Positions 63,460-64,000 of a DNA stretch of 64,000 bases are shown here, piece after piece. Below the pieces are notes generated by a model. It had not been told where the DNA came from. It saw only the letters and a list, made by a program, of their open reading frames with translations, and made no database searches. Source of the stretch: Macrostomum lignano (lineage: Eukaryota); the NCBI GenBank assembly GCA_002269645.1, contig NIVC01000013.1, positions 558,001 through 622,000 of the forward strand, written 5' to 3'. Position 1 is the first letter of the stretch. Each line of letters begins with the position of its first letter. A program made the position numbers and the translations under genes.

Positions 63460-64000
63460 TTCAACTCTCATCTTGCCTCCCCTCCTCTCTCTCCCCCCTT
63501 TTCCCTCTTCTCTCTCCTCTCATTTTTACTCTCCTCTCTTCTCCCCCTTTCTCTCTACCCTTTCTCCTCAATGCCCTCTTCTCTCCTCTTATCTTCAGCA
63601 AAAATATGTGCATATTTTCTTACTTCAAAGTAGAGGGAATAGAAGATTAGAGATAAGCAAACAGAGGAGAGGCGAGCGATGCGATGGGAGAAAAGATAGA
63701 AGAGGAGAGAAAAGATAGAAGAGGAGAGAAAAGCTGAGGGAGGAAAAAGAGATGAGAGAGAAGAGGAGATGAGAGAAAAGAGGAAAGAAAAGATGATGGA
63801 TAAGATCAGAAGAGAGGAAAGAGGAAAGAGGAGAGAGTAGATGAGAGAAGAGAGGATAAAGAGAAGATGAGAGGAGAGTGAAGAGAGGAGAGATGAGAGA
63901 GTAGAAAAGAGAGGAGAGATAATGAGAGAGTAGAGTGGAGAGAGACGAGAGGGAAGATAAGATGAGAGAGTAGAGTGGAATGGAGAGAGACGAGAGGAGA
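63460..64000. repeat. CT-rich then GA-rich low-complexity tract
   Basis: Direct reading; similar tracts at ~51110-51240 and ~52550-52820. Confidence 0.85.

Overview
Eukaryotic (animal) genomic DNA with GT-AG introns, GC-rich exons and introns packed with minisatellites. The style suggests the flatworm Macrostomum or a relative; this is inference, not a database match. On the + strand, 1-11466 holds the 3' part of a xanthine dehydrogenase/aldehyde oxidase family gene. I resolved 12 exons; 10 of its 11 introns each contain a different tandem repeat. On the - strand, five housekeeping genes lie in tandem: LysM-domain LYSMD1/2-like (54608-48334), QDPR (45666-43693), PAK1IP1/Mak11-like WD40 (38760-34777), HBS1L-like GTPase (33597-29733) and YjbQ/UPF0047 (~27647-19419). 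The rest is decayed mobile DNA (a Ty3/gypsy relic, two P-element-like transposase relics, two RTE-like LINE relics, several MITEs with recognisable TIRs and TSDs) plus about 30 tandem arrays, including a 6.7-kb 22-bp satellite inside one intron. Three observations stand out. (1) The PAK1IP1-like gene has no ATG in its first recognisable coding exon, and that exon opens in frame directly after a strong splice acceptor. This fits spliced-leader (SL)-donated AUG initiation within a possible trans-spliced operon. (2) Two copies of one MITE family are present, one compact and one carrying a ~700-bp internal minisatellite grown from its own motif, which suggests a route by which the intronic minisatellites arise. 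(3) Repeat unit lengths cluster near multiples of ~10.5 bp. Most long entries in the ORF track are translations of repeats. No bacterial features, CRISPR arrays or complete RNA genes were seen.
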